The notes: generated by a model from the letters alone, not told the origin. 53,033 nt of DNA from Candidatus Fermentibacterota bacterium (GCA_016928395.1 JAFGKV010000036.1:62001-115033), one strand, 5' to 3'. Shown: positions 1-10,003, counted from the first letter of the stretch. A program made the numbers and translations.

Positions 1-24
1 CCTCGTTTGATCTGCACAGTTCAT
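1..24 (-). CDS. 5' end of a probable gene running off the left edge (MNCADQTR...)
   Basis: ATG at 24-22, 10 nt after the stop of the TPR gene, preceded by GGGGG; only 8 codons visible. Confidence 0.3.
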
Positions 25-34
25 ACCCCCCACG

Positions 35-1801
35 CTATTCACCAGCATAGATAACGGCGATCTTTGTCGCCTCAAGACGTTCAACCTCCGAGTCCATCTG
101 CTTGGACTTTTTCTCGACATACTGGGCACGTTCGGTATCATTGCCGGCGCGGAAGAGCTGACGGGCCCTCTCGAAGTAGTCCTTCGCCTGCCGCACCATG
201 ACGATGGCTTCGTCGAACATCTTCTCGGCTTGGTCATACCTCAAAACGTAGTCGATGTTCTTGTCCTTCACATGGTCCCTGGCGGCCTGTTCCTTCCTTT
301 CGGACTCGCGCTCCTTGATCTCTCCCGCGGCCATGAGCACGATGGGTTCGGAGGGGCCTTTCCGGAGAGCGTCTCCGATCTGATTCCGCGCCTGGTCCAG
401 CCTTCCTACATCCGCCAGGGCCAAGGCCAAAAACGCCATGGCATTCACGTTGTCCGGGCTGCGCTTGACCACGTCGTGCAGCCGCTTGATGGCCTGTTCC
501 TGCCTGCCTGCCCGGGCAAAGATGGGAACCTGGAGCTGAATGGGCTCGATGTTCTCAGGATCGAGCCGCTCCCATTCCTGGTAGATTTCCAATGCCCCCC
601 TATCGTCACCGGTGTCTTCCAGAGCCTTGCCCAGGTACTTGTACACCGATGCGCCGGCCACGCCGGTCTCGTCTATCACCACGCCAATGCCCCGGCGAAC
701 AAGATCAACAATCTGCGGCCGGGTGAATCCCATGGTATCCTGTCCTGCCCTGCCGAAATCACCAACCACAAGGTAGTCGGAGCCGGTGGCGACTATCCGG
801 CGCCACGCAAAGGAATAGGTCGAATCCCTTTCGACCACCGACACATAGATCTTGAACGCGTCACCGATCATGCCCAAGTCTTCATACAGCCTGGCCAACG
901 ACGCGACATACGCAATATCGTCAGTATAGGTCATGGCCTGGTGAAGCAAGTCGGTGGCCTCATCCGAACGGCCGAGGGACCTCAGGCACTGCGCCCAGTT
1001 GAAGTAGACCGGCGTGTAGCTGCTGTCCGCGGCCAAGGCCTTGCTGAAAAACGGCAGGGCCTCTTCGCAGCGATCGCGCTTCTGCAACAGCACGGCCTTG
1101 TAGTAGAACGACTGGCCAAAGGACGGATCCATGGCGATGGCGGAGTCAACCAGTGCCTCGGCCTGCGTCAGGCTGTCGAGGCTGTAGTGGCAGGTCACCT
1201 CGCCAACCAACGCCGCGACATAGCTTGGATCTATGGCCGAAGACTGCTGAAACCCCCGCAGTGCATTGACATAATCACCCGACTGGAGGTACTGCAGTGC
1301 CATCTGGTAATGCCGTTCCGCCTGGAATCTGGTGAAACCACGATACTCGTCCGCCACCTGCTGGGCGAACTGCGCCTTGGACTTCTTGCTGTCCTCGACA
1401 TCCCCCTTCGTCGTCCCCGATTGGGCGGTGCCCACCTGCAAGAAACGAACGGTAACCTTGTGGATCTTCCCCACCCGCACGGCATTGCCCATGACGAGGA
1501 AGTCCACCTCAATCTTCTTGCCCAGCTCCGCAGCGGCGGTATCCACGTCGGCATATGCGGGGTCGAAACCCATGCTCTTGGCCGATGCGGCCAGCTGCTT
1601 GTCAGTCAGCACCGCGGTGCTTGGGAGACGGCCCAGCGAAACTCTGATCTCCTGGGCCAGTTTCTTGGCAAATGACCCACTCTGCGGAGTCGAAACCTGC
1701 ATCTCCATCACGGCGATGCGCGTGGGCTCGTCTGCCGATACGAACAAGGGAACAGCGACGAGAACACACAGAGTCAAGAGCCCACGGAAATGCCGATTCA
1801 T
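35..1801 (-). CDS. Exported TPR protein with N-terminal CsgG/TolB-N-like domain
   Basis: AGGAGGAA RBS before ATG 1801; signal peptide MNRHFRGLLTLCVLVAVPLFVSA; RIAVMEM...ELGKKIEVDFLVMG domain followed by many TPR repeats. Confidence 0.8.
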   Translation of the reverse strand: MNRHFRGLLTLCVLVAVPLFVSADEPTRIAVMEMQVSTPQSGSFAKKLAQEIRVSLGRLPSTAVLTDKQLAASAKSMGFDPAYADVDTAAAELGKKIEVDFLVMGNAVRVGKIHKVTVRFLQVGTAQSGTTKGDVEDSKKSKAQFAQQVADEYRGFTRFQAERHYQMALQYLQSGDYVNALRGFQQSSAIDPSYVAALVGEVTCHYSLDSLTQAEALVDSAIAMDPSFGQSFYYKAVLLQKRDRCEEALPFFSKALAADSSYTPVYFNWAQCLRSLGRSDEATDLLHQAMTYTDDIAYVASLARLYEDLGMIGDAFKIYVSVVERDSTYSFAWRRIVATGSDYLVVGDFGRAGQDTMGFTRPQIVDLVRRGIGVVIDETGVAGASVYKYLGKALEDTGDDRGALEIYQEWERLDPENIEPIQLQVPIFARAGRQEQAIKRLHDVVKRSPDNVNAMAFLALALADVGRLDQARNQIGDALRKGPSEPIVLMAAGEIKERESERKEQAARDHVKDKNIDYVLRYDQAEKMFDEAIVMVRQAKDYFERARQLFRAGNDTERAQYVEKKSKQMDSEVERLEATKIAVIYAGE

Positions 1802-1880
1802 GATTCCTCCTTCTGAGGGAAAGACTCTTTGAAAACCGTTCACAACTCGCCCCGTGGGGAGCCGTAGATCCGTGCACTAC

Positions 1881-2000
1881 ATACACATCCAGGACCGCTG
1901 AACGGGCCCATCCTCAATGATGCACCCCGGTTTCCACCCGGTGTACACCGAGAGACGGCGCGCAACAGTGTTCCTTTGCAGCGGCCCTTCACGGATGTAT
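1881..2000 (-). ncRNA. Candidate rod-like structured RNA (6S-like shape; family unassigned)
   Basis: Nested stems ATACATCC/GGATGTGT, AGGGCCGCTG/CAGCGGTCCT, CCGTC(T)CTCGGTG/CATTGAGGATGG and an apical stem; several G-U pairs form only on the minus-strand transcript. Confidence 0.4.
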
Positions 2001-2019
2001 CTCTCACGTCATACTACCC

Positions 2020-3285
2020 TCAAGTCTTACATGCCGCTGCAATGGGTCGAGGCAGACCCGCTCCTGAGTGTCCCACCGCGTACGACCGCGCCAGTTGAAG
2101 AAAAACGCCCACATCGCGGTCGAGGTTCGCCTGCGTGCCGTCAAAATAGAATGTGCGGATGGGAATCCCGTCACAATCGCGGCTGATCGACGGGTACACA
2201 GCCTCAGCAACGATGGCATTCATGCACGTGAACGGGGAGATGTCAACTATGCCGGATGCTCCGCAGCGATGCAGGTAGACCGCTCTGGCAACACTCAGCG
2301 CCATCTCACCCAAGGCGGCCTCGCTGGGGAGATACGGAGAGCCCAATGCAAGCATCGAGGCCACGGCGGGTTCCGGACGATCTGCCAGGTCATCGCGAAA
2401 CAAGGCCTCGATCGTGGATTCATCATGTTCCTGAATGCGATGCCGGAGCCCGGTCTTGACAAGACGAAGGGTCGGCCGGGTGCCAAAGCGTCGTAGTCGC
2501 CTCTTCTCCTCGAGATTGGTATAGTGGACCCACTCGGTCAAGCCGGGAAGCCAGCATTCCGCGCCATGGCGCTCAAGGCATCGGATGATCTCCATGTTGC
2601 TGAACTCGTTGTTCCGGCAGAAGATCTCCCCGACAATGCCGATGAGGACCCGAGGCGCGGGCCGAGTCCTCACGCCGCGCAACCGGTCCCTCGCTATCCG
2701 AAGCCCCTTCAGGAAAGACCGCATGTTCAGGGTGCGGCGGGGATCTGCCAACACGTCGCACAGCGCGTCGATGGCATACTCGAACGCCGTGTCGGCTTCT
2801 CCCGGAACCGCTTCATGGGGCCTGATCTTCAGGAGCATCGCAACCAGATAGTCCGCGGCCACAAAGCCCCTCCACGCCGACCGGAGCAACCGTGTCGAAT
2901 CCGCGCCCAGACCGTCGTATGCATTCTCGCTGGTGGGCGACACTACTAAGGCATCGCCGTAGCCACGATTCGCGAGCGATGTTCGGATGAAATCCGCATA
3001 CTGTCCGAACCTACAGGGGCCCGAAGATGTAGGCATGAAAAACGCCGCGGCATGGGCGGGATGCCCTTCGTCCACCAAGATGCGCAGGAAATCGCCCAAA
3101 GTGACGATCAGCGGATAGCACTCCTCCCCTGAGCAGCACGATCGGGCCAGGGAGAGCGTACGGTCATTTGATTCGGGAACCAGCCGTGCATCGATCCCAC
3201 ACCCCCGAAAGGCGGCTGCCGTGAGCATGGCATGGGACGCAGGCATACGCGGGATGAAGACAGTCCTGCCGGCCAGTCCGCTCAT
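2020..3285 (-). CDS. 2-hydroxyacyl-CoA dehydratase/reductase-like partner of the activase (PlsR-like)
   Basis: Motifs ECYP, FMPTSSGPCRFGQY, IGIVGEIFCR, SPFTCM, FYFDG; ATGA overlap with the activase gene. Confidence 0.8.
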   Translation of the reverse strand: MSGLAGRTVFIPRMPASHAMLTAAAFRGCGIDARLVPESNDRTLSLARSCCSGEECYPLIVTLGDFLRILVDEGHPAHAAAFFMPTSSGPCRFGQYADFIRTSLANRGYGDALVVSPTSENAYDGLGADSTRLLRSAWRGFVAADYLVAMLLKIRPHEAVPGEADTAFEYAIDALCDVLADPRRTLNMRSFLKGLRIARDRLRGVRTRPAPRVLIGIVGEIFCRNNEFSNMEIIRCLERHGAECWLPGLTEWVHYTNLEEKRRLRRFGTRPTLRLVKTGLRHRIQEHDESTIEALFRDDLADRPEPAVASMLALGSPYLPSEAALGEMALSVARAVYLHRCGASGIVDISPFTCMNAIVAEAVYPSISRDCDGIPIRTFYFDGTQANLDRDVGVFLQLARSYAVGHSGAGLPRPIAAACKT

Positions 3286-6200
3286 GCCGCCTCACAGGAT
3301 GCGTGAGCCTGATTCTCGCGCCGCAGCATTCCCTTTGACTCCAGGAATGCCTCACACCTGGTCATGATGCCTGCATCGTTGGCATGGCCGTCGAAATGCA
3401 GGGTGAGAAATGGTTTTCCGCCCGCCCGGTAGAGATAGTGCTTGATGAACGAGTCAGGTCCGCACTTGAAGTTGCTGACATGGATGAGGTTCAGGTTTTC
3501 CCCCGCCGTCACTCTCGCGGCCGCGACGATTCTCCGGCCGTAGTTCCAGTACATACGCGGCACGATACCCCGGATATCGACGGCGTCCACATCGAGAAAG
3601 TCCATGGGAATGACATCGATGCCATAGGTATCACGCAGCTTCCGCGGCACATCGAGGCACACCATGCCATCATAGACATTGTACGGCCTTCCGACCAACA
3701 CGATACCGGGCCTTCCCTCCCTCGCCAGAGCCTGCATGGCGTCCCGCCCCGCAGCGCGGAGCTTTGCTGCGAAATCGGCGTGATGCTGTCGCGCCTCCCC
3801 CAGAGCTCCCTCCACCATTCTTCGCGATACACCAAAGCGGGCCAGGCTGAGCGCGAGCTCGTGCATCACTGCGGCATTGCCGGATCGAAACCTCAGCGTG
3901 GGAGCTATGAGGCGTTGGGCAAGACGGTCGAGACCAGGGGCACATCGAAGCACATACGGAAGTGTCTGTCCCCATACGCACACAAAGCTTTCGGTGTGAG
4001 CGTGGGAGGTGGCCCGATCGATGATGGCCGGCATGAACACGTGGTCGACCCCTTGCTCCAGAAGCCAGGAAACGTGACCGTGGGCGACCTTGACGGGAAA
4101 GCATGGTTCAGCCACCGTAGCTTCGACACCTCTGTCGGCCAGAGTCTTATTGGTCCACGGGCTCGTCAGGGTGGACCAGCCGAGGTGCCCGAAGAATGCG
4201 TGCCAGAAGGGCAAGAGTTCGATGGCGTGCATAGTGCGTGGGATCCCCACCGTCGGCCCGTGGGAAGAGGAAATATCACCCGGAAGCAGATCATGGTACA
4301 GCCGGTAGAGATCCTCAGTCACCGGCTGGATCTCTGTTCGTTGACGCTTTCGGAACCGATCCGAGCACTGATCGCCCCAATAGCTGCGTTCTCCCTCCAC
4401 CGTAAACTCTTGGATACTGCAGTAGTTCTGGCAACCCTGGCAGGTGAACTCCCTGAGACCGTATTTCAGCCGCTTTAGCGCCGTACCTCGAAACGTGGTC
4501 TTTCGCGCCGTGGTCTGTGCCCACTCGCGAGCCAGCAAAGCTGCCCCAATGGCGCCGATGACGCCATTGTAGGGCGGAACGATGACGGTCGTATCCAGTA
4601 CCTGGCTGAATGCCGCCGCAACGGCATCGTTGTACGCCGTACCGCCCTGGAAGAAGATCACCCCGTCGATGGGGCGGCCTCGCACCACGCGATGCACGTA
4701 GTTCTGCACTACAGAATAGGCCAAGCCAGCGGCGATGTCCGGCACTGGCGCCCCCTGGCCAAGACACGCATAGACGTCGCGCTCCATGAATACCGTGCAA
4801 CGCTCTCCCAATCGTACGGGACGATTCGAGGACAAAGCCATACTCGCGAACTCGTCTACTATGGAGACATTCAGTTCGCCTGCCCGCTCCTCCAGAAACG
4901 ATCCCGTTCCCGCCGCGCAGGCATCGTTCATGGTGAAGTCCACCACCACTCCGTCCTGCAGTCGGATGTACTTGGCATCCTGGCCGCCTATCTCCAGAAT
5001 GGTGTCCACGTCGCTGTGGAGATACTTCTCCGCAACGAAACGGGCACCCCTGGTATGCGCGGTGATCTCATCCTTCACCGTGTCGGCACCGACCAGCGTA
5101 CCGATGAGTTCCCTGCCGGATCCTGTGGTGCCGACTCCATTGATGACCACTCGGTCCCCCAGTTCCTCCGCCATCTGCTGCAGGGCATCGCGAACGACCT
5201 CGATAGGCCTGGCCTTCGTACGCACATAAAGCTCCCATAACACATTTCCGTCGGCGTCGATTACTGCCAGATTAGTGCTCACACTGCCGACATCGATACC
5301 CAAGAAGGCAACCCTTCCCTCGATGCAGGGCTGCGTGAGAACATGCGAGACTCGATCTCTGAGGAGTACCACACGCTCCATCGTAAGCCTCGGCATGCCA
5401 CCCCAAGGCGATGCGTCGATCCGCATTTCCCGTGGCAAACGATGGGTGGCCGCCTCACGCTCAATGACTGCCGCGCCCAAGGCTGCGCTGTGGGCATGAT
5501 GGTCGGGAACCAGAAGCTCTTCCTCAACGCCGAACGCACGCCGCAGGGCTCCCAGTACCGCAGAATTAGCTGCCAAACCACCGACAAACACGGCCGGTGC
5601 GACAATACGGCGGCTCTTCGCGACGGAAGCGCGGAAATTCCTGGCAACCGCATCGCACAGACCGGCCAGAACCTCCTCCGGCCTGAATCCCCTCTGCTGG
5701 GCGTGGATCATGTCGGACTTGGCGAAGACGGAGCAACGGCCAGCGATTTTGGGAATGCGTGTGACCCCGGCGACCATGTCCGCCACCTCCTCAACCGCGC
5801 AACCCAATCGCGTGGCTTGCTGGTCGATGAACGAACCGGTGCCGGCGGCGCAGTCGCCATTGGCGTCATAGTCTACCAAGGTGGGGCGACCCGACGGGTC
5901 GGGATCGAGCCTTAGGAACTTGGAGGTTTCTCCTCCCATCTCGAGCACGGTCCTGACACCTGGGAACACCACCCCCGCGCCGCGGGCCAATGCAAGGAAT
6001 TCGTTTTCATGGGGCAAATCCCATTCTGAAGCGATGGGTTGGGCTGCCGATCCCGTGAGGCGGATACCCGCTAGTGCCCTTCCAGCACTCTGCCGCAACG
6101 CGTCGAGGACAGCATTCGCCGCGTCCCGCGGCCGGCCCTGAGTTCTGGTGTACGGCCCGAACCAGGCGTATACGTCTCCAGCTCTCCGGGGACCAAGGAA

Positions 6201-6296
6201 ATCACCCGGCAATGCCGCCTCGTCGGATGAGGATACCACCACCGTCTTCAGGGACACCGAGCCAATGTCGATACCCACGTACAACTGCGAAGGCAC
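3282..6296 (-). CDS. CoA-substrate-specific enzyme activase: two BcrAD/BadFG ATPase domains plus DUF2229-like domain (PlsA-like)
   Basis: Two GID(I/V)GSVS motifs, two E(M/I)GG(E/Q) and CAAGTGSF motifs, RC(S/T)VF x2, CQGCQNYC cluster, C-terminal EPCFPVKVAHGH and FKCGPDSF. Confidence 0.9.
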   Translation of the reverse strand: MPSQLYVGIDIGSVSLKTVVVSSSDEAALPGDFLGPRRAGDVYAWFGPYTRTQGRPRDAANAVLDALRQSAGRALAGIRLTGSAAQPIASEWDLPHENEFLALARGAGVVFPGVRTVLEMGGETSKFLRLDPDPSGRPTLVDYDANGDCAAGTGSFIDQQATRLGCAVEEVADMVAGVTRIPKIAGRCSVFAKSDMIHAQQRGFRPEEVLAGLCDAVARNFRASVAKSRRIVAPAVFVGGLAANSAVLGALRRAFGVEEELLVPDHHAHSAALGAAVIEREAATHRLPREMRIDASPWGGMPRLTMERVVLLRDRVSHVLTQPCIEGRVAFLGIDVGSVSTNLAVIDADGNVLWELYVRTKARPIEVVRDALQQMAEELGDRVVINGVGTTGSGRELIGTLVGADTVKDEITAHTRGARFVAEKYLHSDVDTILEIGGQDAKYIRLQDGVVVDFTMNDACAAGTGSFLEERAGELNVSIVDEFASMALSSNRPVRLGERCTVFMERDVYACLGQGAPVPDIAAGLAYSVVQNYVHRVVRGRPIDGVIFFQGGTAYNDAVAAAFSQVLDTTVIVPPYNGVIGAIGAALLAREWAQTTARKTTFRGTALKRLKYGLREFTCQGCQNYCSIQEFTVEGERSYWGDQCSDRFRKRQRTEIQPVTEDLYRLYHDLLPGDISSSHGPTVGIPRTMHAIELLPFWHAFFGHLGWSTLTSPWTNKTLADRGVEATVAEPCFPVKVAHGHVSWLLEQGVDHVFMPAIIDRATSHAHTESFVCVWGQTLPYVLRCAPGLDRLAQRLIAPTLRFRSGNAAVMHELALSLARFGVSRRMVEGALGEARQHHADFAAKLRAAGRDAMQALAREGRPGIVLVGRPYNVYDGMVCLDVPRKLRDTYGIDVIPMDFLDVDAVDIRGIVPRMYWNYGRRIVAAARVTAGENLNLIHVSNFKCGPDSFIKHYLYRAGGKPFLTLHFDGHANDAGIMTRCEAFLESKGMLRRENQAHASCEAA

Positions 6297-6539
6297 TGCG
6301 AACTCCGTCTAGTGCGAGAAAGGCCGGTTTGGCTGCGCGGGCAGGCATCCCTTTTCATGAGAGGCGAACAGGTACCTAATGCGGAAACCAATCGCGAGAA
6401 CGCCGCTGATGGGCGAACCGGTACCGGCAGGCTCACGACCCTGCGTGGGTCCCAAGCGTTTTAACCAGCCAGCGAAACCCCCGGTCGTCAAGCCCATTTT
6501 CCTTCTAGTCGGCAAAGACCTGGCAGGTCATGTCGAGCT

Positions 6540-7160
6540 TCAGCCAGAACCCGAATCTGGGCCCGGTGCGGGCGACGTCGCCTGGAGGATCGCTGCCATG
6601 GCTGCATCCGACCAGACCCGCGCCAAGGATGACATTGTGACCGCAAGCGCAGCGAACTCCTTGCCCTCCAAGGGCCGCTCCATGCGTAGATGCCGTTGAA
6701 GGCCGTCTGTCTTTGTCCCGGGCTTCACGATGCTCAGCGTCACATCGAGTACGGCGTACCACTCCTCTCCGATTTGGCGGGCGCCACACTCAGATAGATG
6801 CCCCTCAACCACTATCTCTCGACCCGTTCGACCTCGCCGGTAGGCGGCCTGGACCGCTTTGGAGACGACCAAGTCCCGCCAGAGGATGTCTGCACAGGCA
6901 TCGGCCGGCCGGCTGGCCCAAAGGTTTCGGCCGGCCCGTACCACCGTACCATTGGCCGCCACCAAGATCATATCGTGGGTGTCATAGAGTGGTGATGCCC
7001 CGAAATCGTTGATCGCCACCGCCACTGGGTGTAACGCAACCGCCGGCGCGGGCAAAGAAGGCTGCAAGAGGTAGACTGTTGGAGGCGGCGAGCCAGAACC
7101 TAGGTTAACCCTTACACACGCCATGGTGCACAGCGCAACGAGACACACACCGATCCTCAT
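6540..7160 (-). CDS. ABC-type transport auxiliary lipoprotein (PqiC family)
   Basis: Lipoprotein signal ending TMAC; YLL and WASRP motifs; ATGA overlap with mlaD. Confidence 0.75.
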   Translation of the reverse strand: MRIGVCLVALCTMACVRVNLGSGSPPPTVYLLQPSLPAPAVALHPVAVAINDFGASPLYDTHDMILVAANGTVVRAGRNLWASRPADACADILWRDLVVSKAVQAAYRRGRTGREIVVEGHLSECGARQIGEEWYAVLDVTLSIVKPGTKTDGLQRHLRMERPLEGKEFAALAVTMSSLARVWSDAAMAAILQATSPAPGPDSGSG

Positions 7161-8020
7161 GGCCACTTGTCCTCGCCGCTGGGAGCCAAAGATGAAGAGG
7201 AGGCTCCCAGCCTATCTAGGGTTGAGCGTAACTCACGCAGCAGAAGGGTTGCCTCACCCGTGATCTGATCCAGGGACATCGGCACTCTCGCCATGGATTC
7301 GGTCAAGGCTTCGATCTGTACCACTAAGCTCCGAACACTGTCCGAGAACGGCCCGGCCTCCGCCTCAGCCCTGACTGCCAATCGGTTCAAGCGTTGAGCA
7401 ACCTGACGGAAATCCACCATCAGGGAATCGGCCGTGCGTGCGGTCCTTCCCATCTGCGCGGTCAACGACTCCACCCATCCGCCGGCGGCGAGGCGGTCCA
7501 GATTCTCCAGAAGTGAGACGGCAGTGTCGCTGATGCGGGCGAAATCCACCTCGCCCATGATCCTCAGCAGACCCTCAAGCCCCATGTCCAGCTTCTCAAG
7601 CTGCGACTCAACCACAGGGATCACCGGATGATCTGGTTTGAATGACAACGGGGGAAGCCTTGCCTCACCTTCCTGGACTGTGCGAAGGTTTATCACCCGT
7701 ACCCCTGTGATGCCCACGAAGTCCAGACGAGCCGCAAGGTCTTCCTCTACTGGAAACACCGTCTCGATGGTTACTAGTACCTCCACCAGTCTCCCATCCG
7801 GGGCGACGGCAATGCTCTGGACCATGCCGACGGGGACACCGTTGTACCGAACAGCCGTGCCGTTCTCAAGGCCTTGTACCGACTCAGAAAAGTAACACAC
7901 ATACTCCCGGGACGCCTTGCCCCGAAACCACCCCGTGAGCCACACCAGAACCGCCACGATGAGGACCGCGCCCAGAAAGAAGAACACGCCCAAGCGAAAA
8001 CGGTTTGCTTCAAGCGACAT
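7157..8020 (-). CDS. mlaD: MCE/MlaD family protein
   Basis: N-terminal TM helix then FSESVQGLENGTAVRYNGVPVGMVQSI MCE motif and helical tail; start moved to ATG 8020. Confidence 0.9.
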   Translation of the reverse strand: MSLEANRFRLGVFFFLGAVLIVAVLVWLTGWFRGKASREYVCYFSESVQGLENGTAVRYNGVPVGMVQSIAVAPDGRLVEVLVTIETVFPVEEDLAARLDFVGITGVRVINLRTVQEGEARLPPLSFKPDHPVIPVVESQLEKLDMGLEGLLRIMGEVDFARISDTAVSLLENLDRLAAGGWVESLTAQMGRTARTADSLMVDFRQVAQRLNRLAVRAEAEAGPFSDSVRSLVVQIEALTESMARVPMSLDQITGEATLLLRELRSTLDRLGASSSSLAPSGEDKWP

Positions 8021-8783
8021 CGTTGGCCTGCCCTTGGGGGAGACGATGGAAGAATGCGTGCACGCGGAGATCCGAATGCTCCTTGAGCTGTTCGACCCGC
8101 CCCTGTGCGATGATGCCCTGAGACGAGGAATCAAGCATGATCACCCTGTCAGAGATCGCCAGGATGCTCGGCAATTCGTGGGTAACAATGACCATGGTGG
8201 TTCCCAGTGTTCGGTTGATGGAGCATACAAGCTGGTCCAATTCGGCGCTGGTCACCGGATCGAGGCCCGCCGAAGGCTCGTCAAAGAACACCATATCGGG
8301 ATCCAATGCCAGTGCGCGGGCAAGACCGGCCCGCTTTTGCATCCCCCCCGAAATCTCCAGAGGATACGACGCCGCGAAGTCGGCGAGGCCCACCATATCG
8401 AGTTTGCGAAACGCCGCGAGCCGCAGCACGGCAGGGGACAGATCCCTGAATTCCGACAGCGGCAGCATGACGTTCTCCAACAGCGTCAGGCTTGCTAGCA
8501 AAGCGCCTGACTGGAACAGTACACCCCACCGCCGCCGAGCCGAGGATAACACACGCCCACTGTCCGACCAAATGTCAGAGCCCTCAAACAACACCGAACC
8601 GGCCCACGGGCGGGAGAGCCCAACCATGTAGCGAAGCAGTGTGCTCTTGCCGCACCCGCTCCGCCCCACGATGACCAGGATTTCACCCGGAGCTACCGTG
8701 AAGGAAATATCCCGCAGCACCCGGCTGCTCCCATAACCGCCCTCCAGATCGCGAACCTCAAGGATGGGGATCGCGTCGCTCAC
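8010..8783 (-). CDS. mlaF: MlaF-family ABC ATPase
   Basis: GRSGCGKS, LFQSGAL, ISGGMQKRAGLARALALDP, DEPSAGLDP, VTHE; GTG start overlaps the mlaE stop. Confidence 0.92.
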   Translation of the reverse strand: MSDAIPILEVRDLEGGYGSSRVLRDISFTVAPGEILVIVGRSGCGKSTLLRYMVGLSRPWAGSVLFEGSDIWSDSGRVLSSARRRWGVLFQSGALLASLTLLENVMLPLSEFRDLSPAVLRLAAFRKLDMVGLADFAASYPLEISGGMQKRAGLARALALDPDMVFFDEPSAGLDPVTSAELDQLVCSINRTLGTTMVIVTHELPSILAISDRVIMLDSSSQGIIAQGRVEQLKEHSDLRVHAFFHRLPQGQANDVA

Positions 8784-9898
8784 ATGATCACCCCGGGGCG
8801 GATTCTCACGTACACAAGGGAGATCAGCGCATCGGCCACGATCACCAGGAACACCGCGGTGACCACCGCGGTCGTGGTTGCCTCCCCAACTTCGGAGGCG
8901 CCCCCGCGAACCCGCGTGCCCGTGAAGCACCCCACCGTGGCGATGATCAGAGCGAACACCAGACCCTTCAGCATGCCCCAATAGAAGTCCAACGGCAGCA
9001 TGACCAGGTGCAGCCGCGACATGTACACGCTGGCGGGCATATCAAGATACCATCCGCCTATGAGGAGACCGCCCAACAGACCGAAGAAATCCGCGATGAG
9101 CACCAAAACGGGCATCACGAGGATCAAGGCGATGAGTTTGGGGATGACGAGAAACTGGAACACGTCAAAGCCCATGACTTCCAGGGCGTCCACCTCCTGC
9201 CGCACCTTCATCGTGCCGATCTCGGCCGCGAATGCGGAACTGGACCTGCCCGCCACCAGAATCGCCGCAAGCAAAGGACCGATTTCCCACGTGACCATAT
9301 ATCCCACCAGATCGGGCATGAAGATCTCGGCCCCAAATGTCTTCAGTTGGTAGCCGGACTGGTATCCCAAAACCGTGCCCAGAAGCCAACAGAGAACGCC
9401 GATGATGGGCACTGCCTTGACGCCGGCTTGTTCCATGTAGTACAATGCCAACGAGAGACGAAGACTCGCGGGATACCGCAGAGTCCTGCCCATGGCTTCC
9501 AGCGATTGTCGCGAGAAACTAAGCAACCCTGCGACCACATCCCAGGCAGTCAGGACATCTGCGCCAACTCCCTCGAAATGCGTCCGTAGCGAGCGGGGAC
9601 GGCCCACAGACTCAAGGGCTTTGGCCCGAAGCCCAAACATCTCCCACACCTGTAGAAGCTCGGATGATGCGCCCCGAACCTCCACGGAAGTCGTATTCCG
9701 TGCCCGGCGGATAGCATCAAACACCGCAGCAGCCGCGGCAGTCTCCATGCCATCACAGGCTGAAAGATCAACAACCACCCCACCGCCGCGGGCAATTCGG
9801 CTCAGGGCCTCAGTGAGCGCGCCCACCGACGCCGCGCGCAGAAGACCTCGCACGGTGAGAACCGACCCCTCTACCGAGATCGACTCATCGGTCGTCAC
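8780..9898 (-). CDS. mlaE: MlaE-family permease with N-terminal STAS (MlaB-like) domain
   Basis: EIGPLLAAILVAGRSSSAFAAEIGTMKVRQEVDAL; VVVDLSAC STAS segment; GAAGGAGA RBS before GTG 9898. Confidence 0.92.
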   Translation of the reverse strand: MTTDESISVEGSVLTVRGLLRAASVGALTEALSRIARGGGVVVDLSACDGMETAAAAAVFDAIRRARNTTSVEVRGASSELLQVWEMFGLRAKALESVGRPRSLRTHFEGVGADVLTAWDVVAGLLSFSRQSLEAMGRTLRYPASLRLSLALYYMEQAGVKAVPIIGVLCWLLGTVLGYQSGYQLKTFGAEIFMPDLVGYMVTWEIGPLLAAILVAGRSSSAFAAEIGTMKVRQEVDALEVMGFDVFQFLVIPKLIALILVMPVLVLIADFFGLLGGLLIGGWYLDMPASVYMSRLHLVMLPLDFYWGMLKGLVFALIIATVGCFTGTRVRGGASEVGEATTTAVVTAVFLVIVADALISLVYVRIRPGVIM

Positions 9899-10003
9899 AT
9901 AGTCTCCTTCCCACCGGCAGCCGAGCAGCGGGGAGCCAGGCGCCTCTGGCCGCACCAACGGTGCGAGTTGCCTTCCTCATCAACCCTTCGACTGAGGATG
10001 CAC

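Noticed and set aside
230-1675. 481-aa plus-strand ORF (similarly 3384-4478, 10346-11407, 11388-12359)
   Set aside because: Antisense shadows of well-supported minus-strand genes
1920-1950. GGT-GGAA-ACC loop as SRP RNA helix 8
   Set aside because: Lacks the conserved CAGG/AGCA internal loop; kept only as part of the unassigned rod RNA
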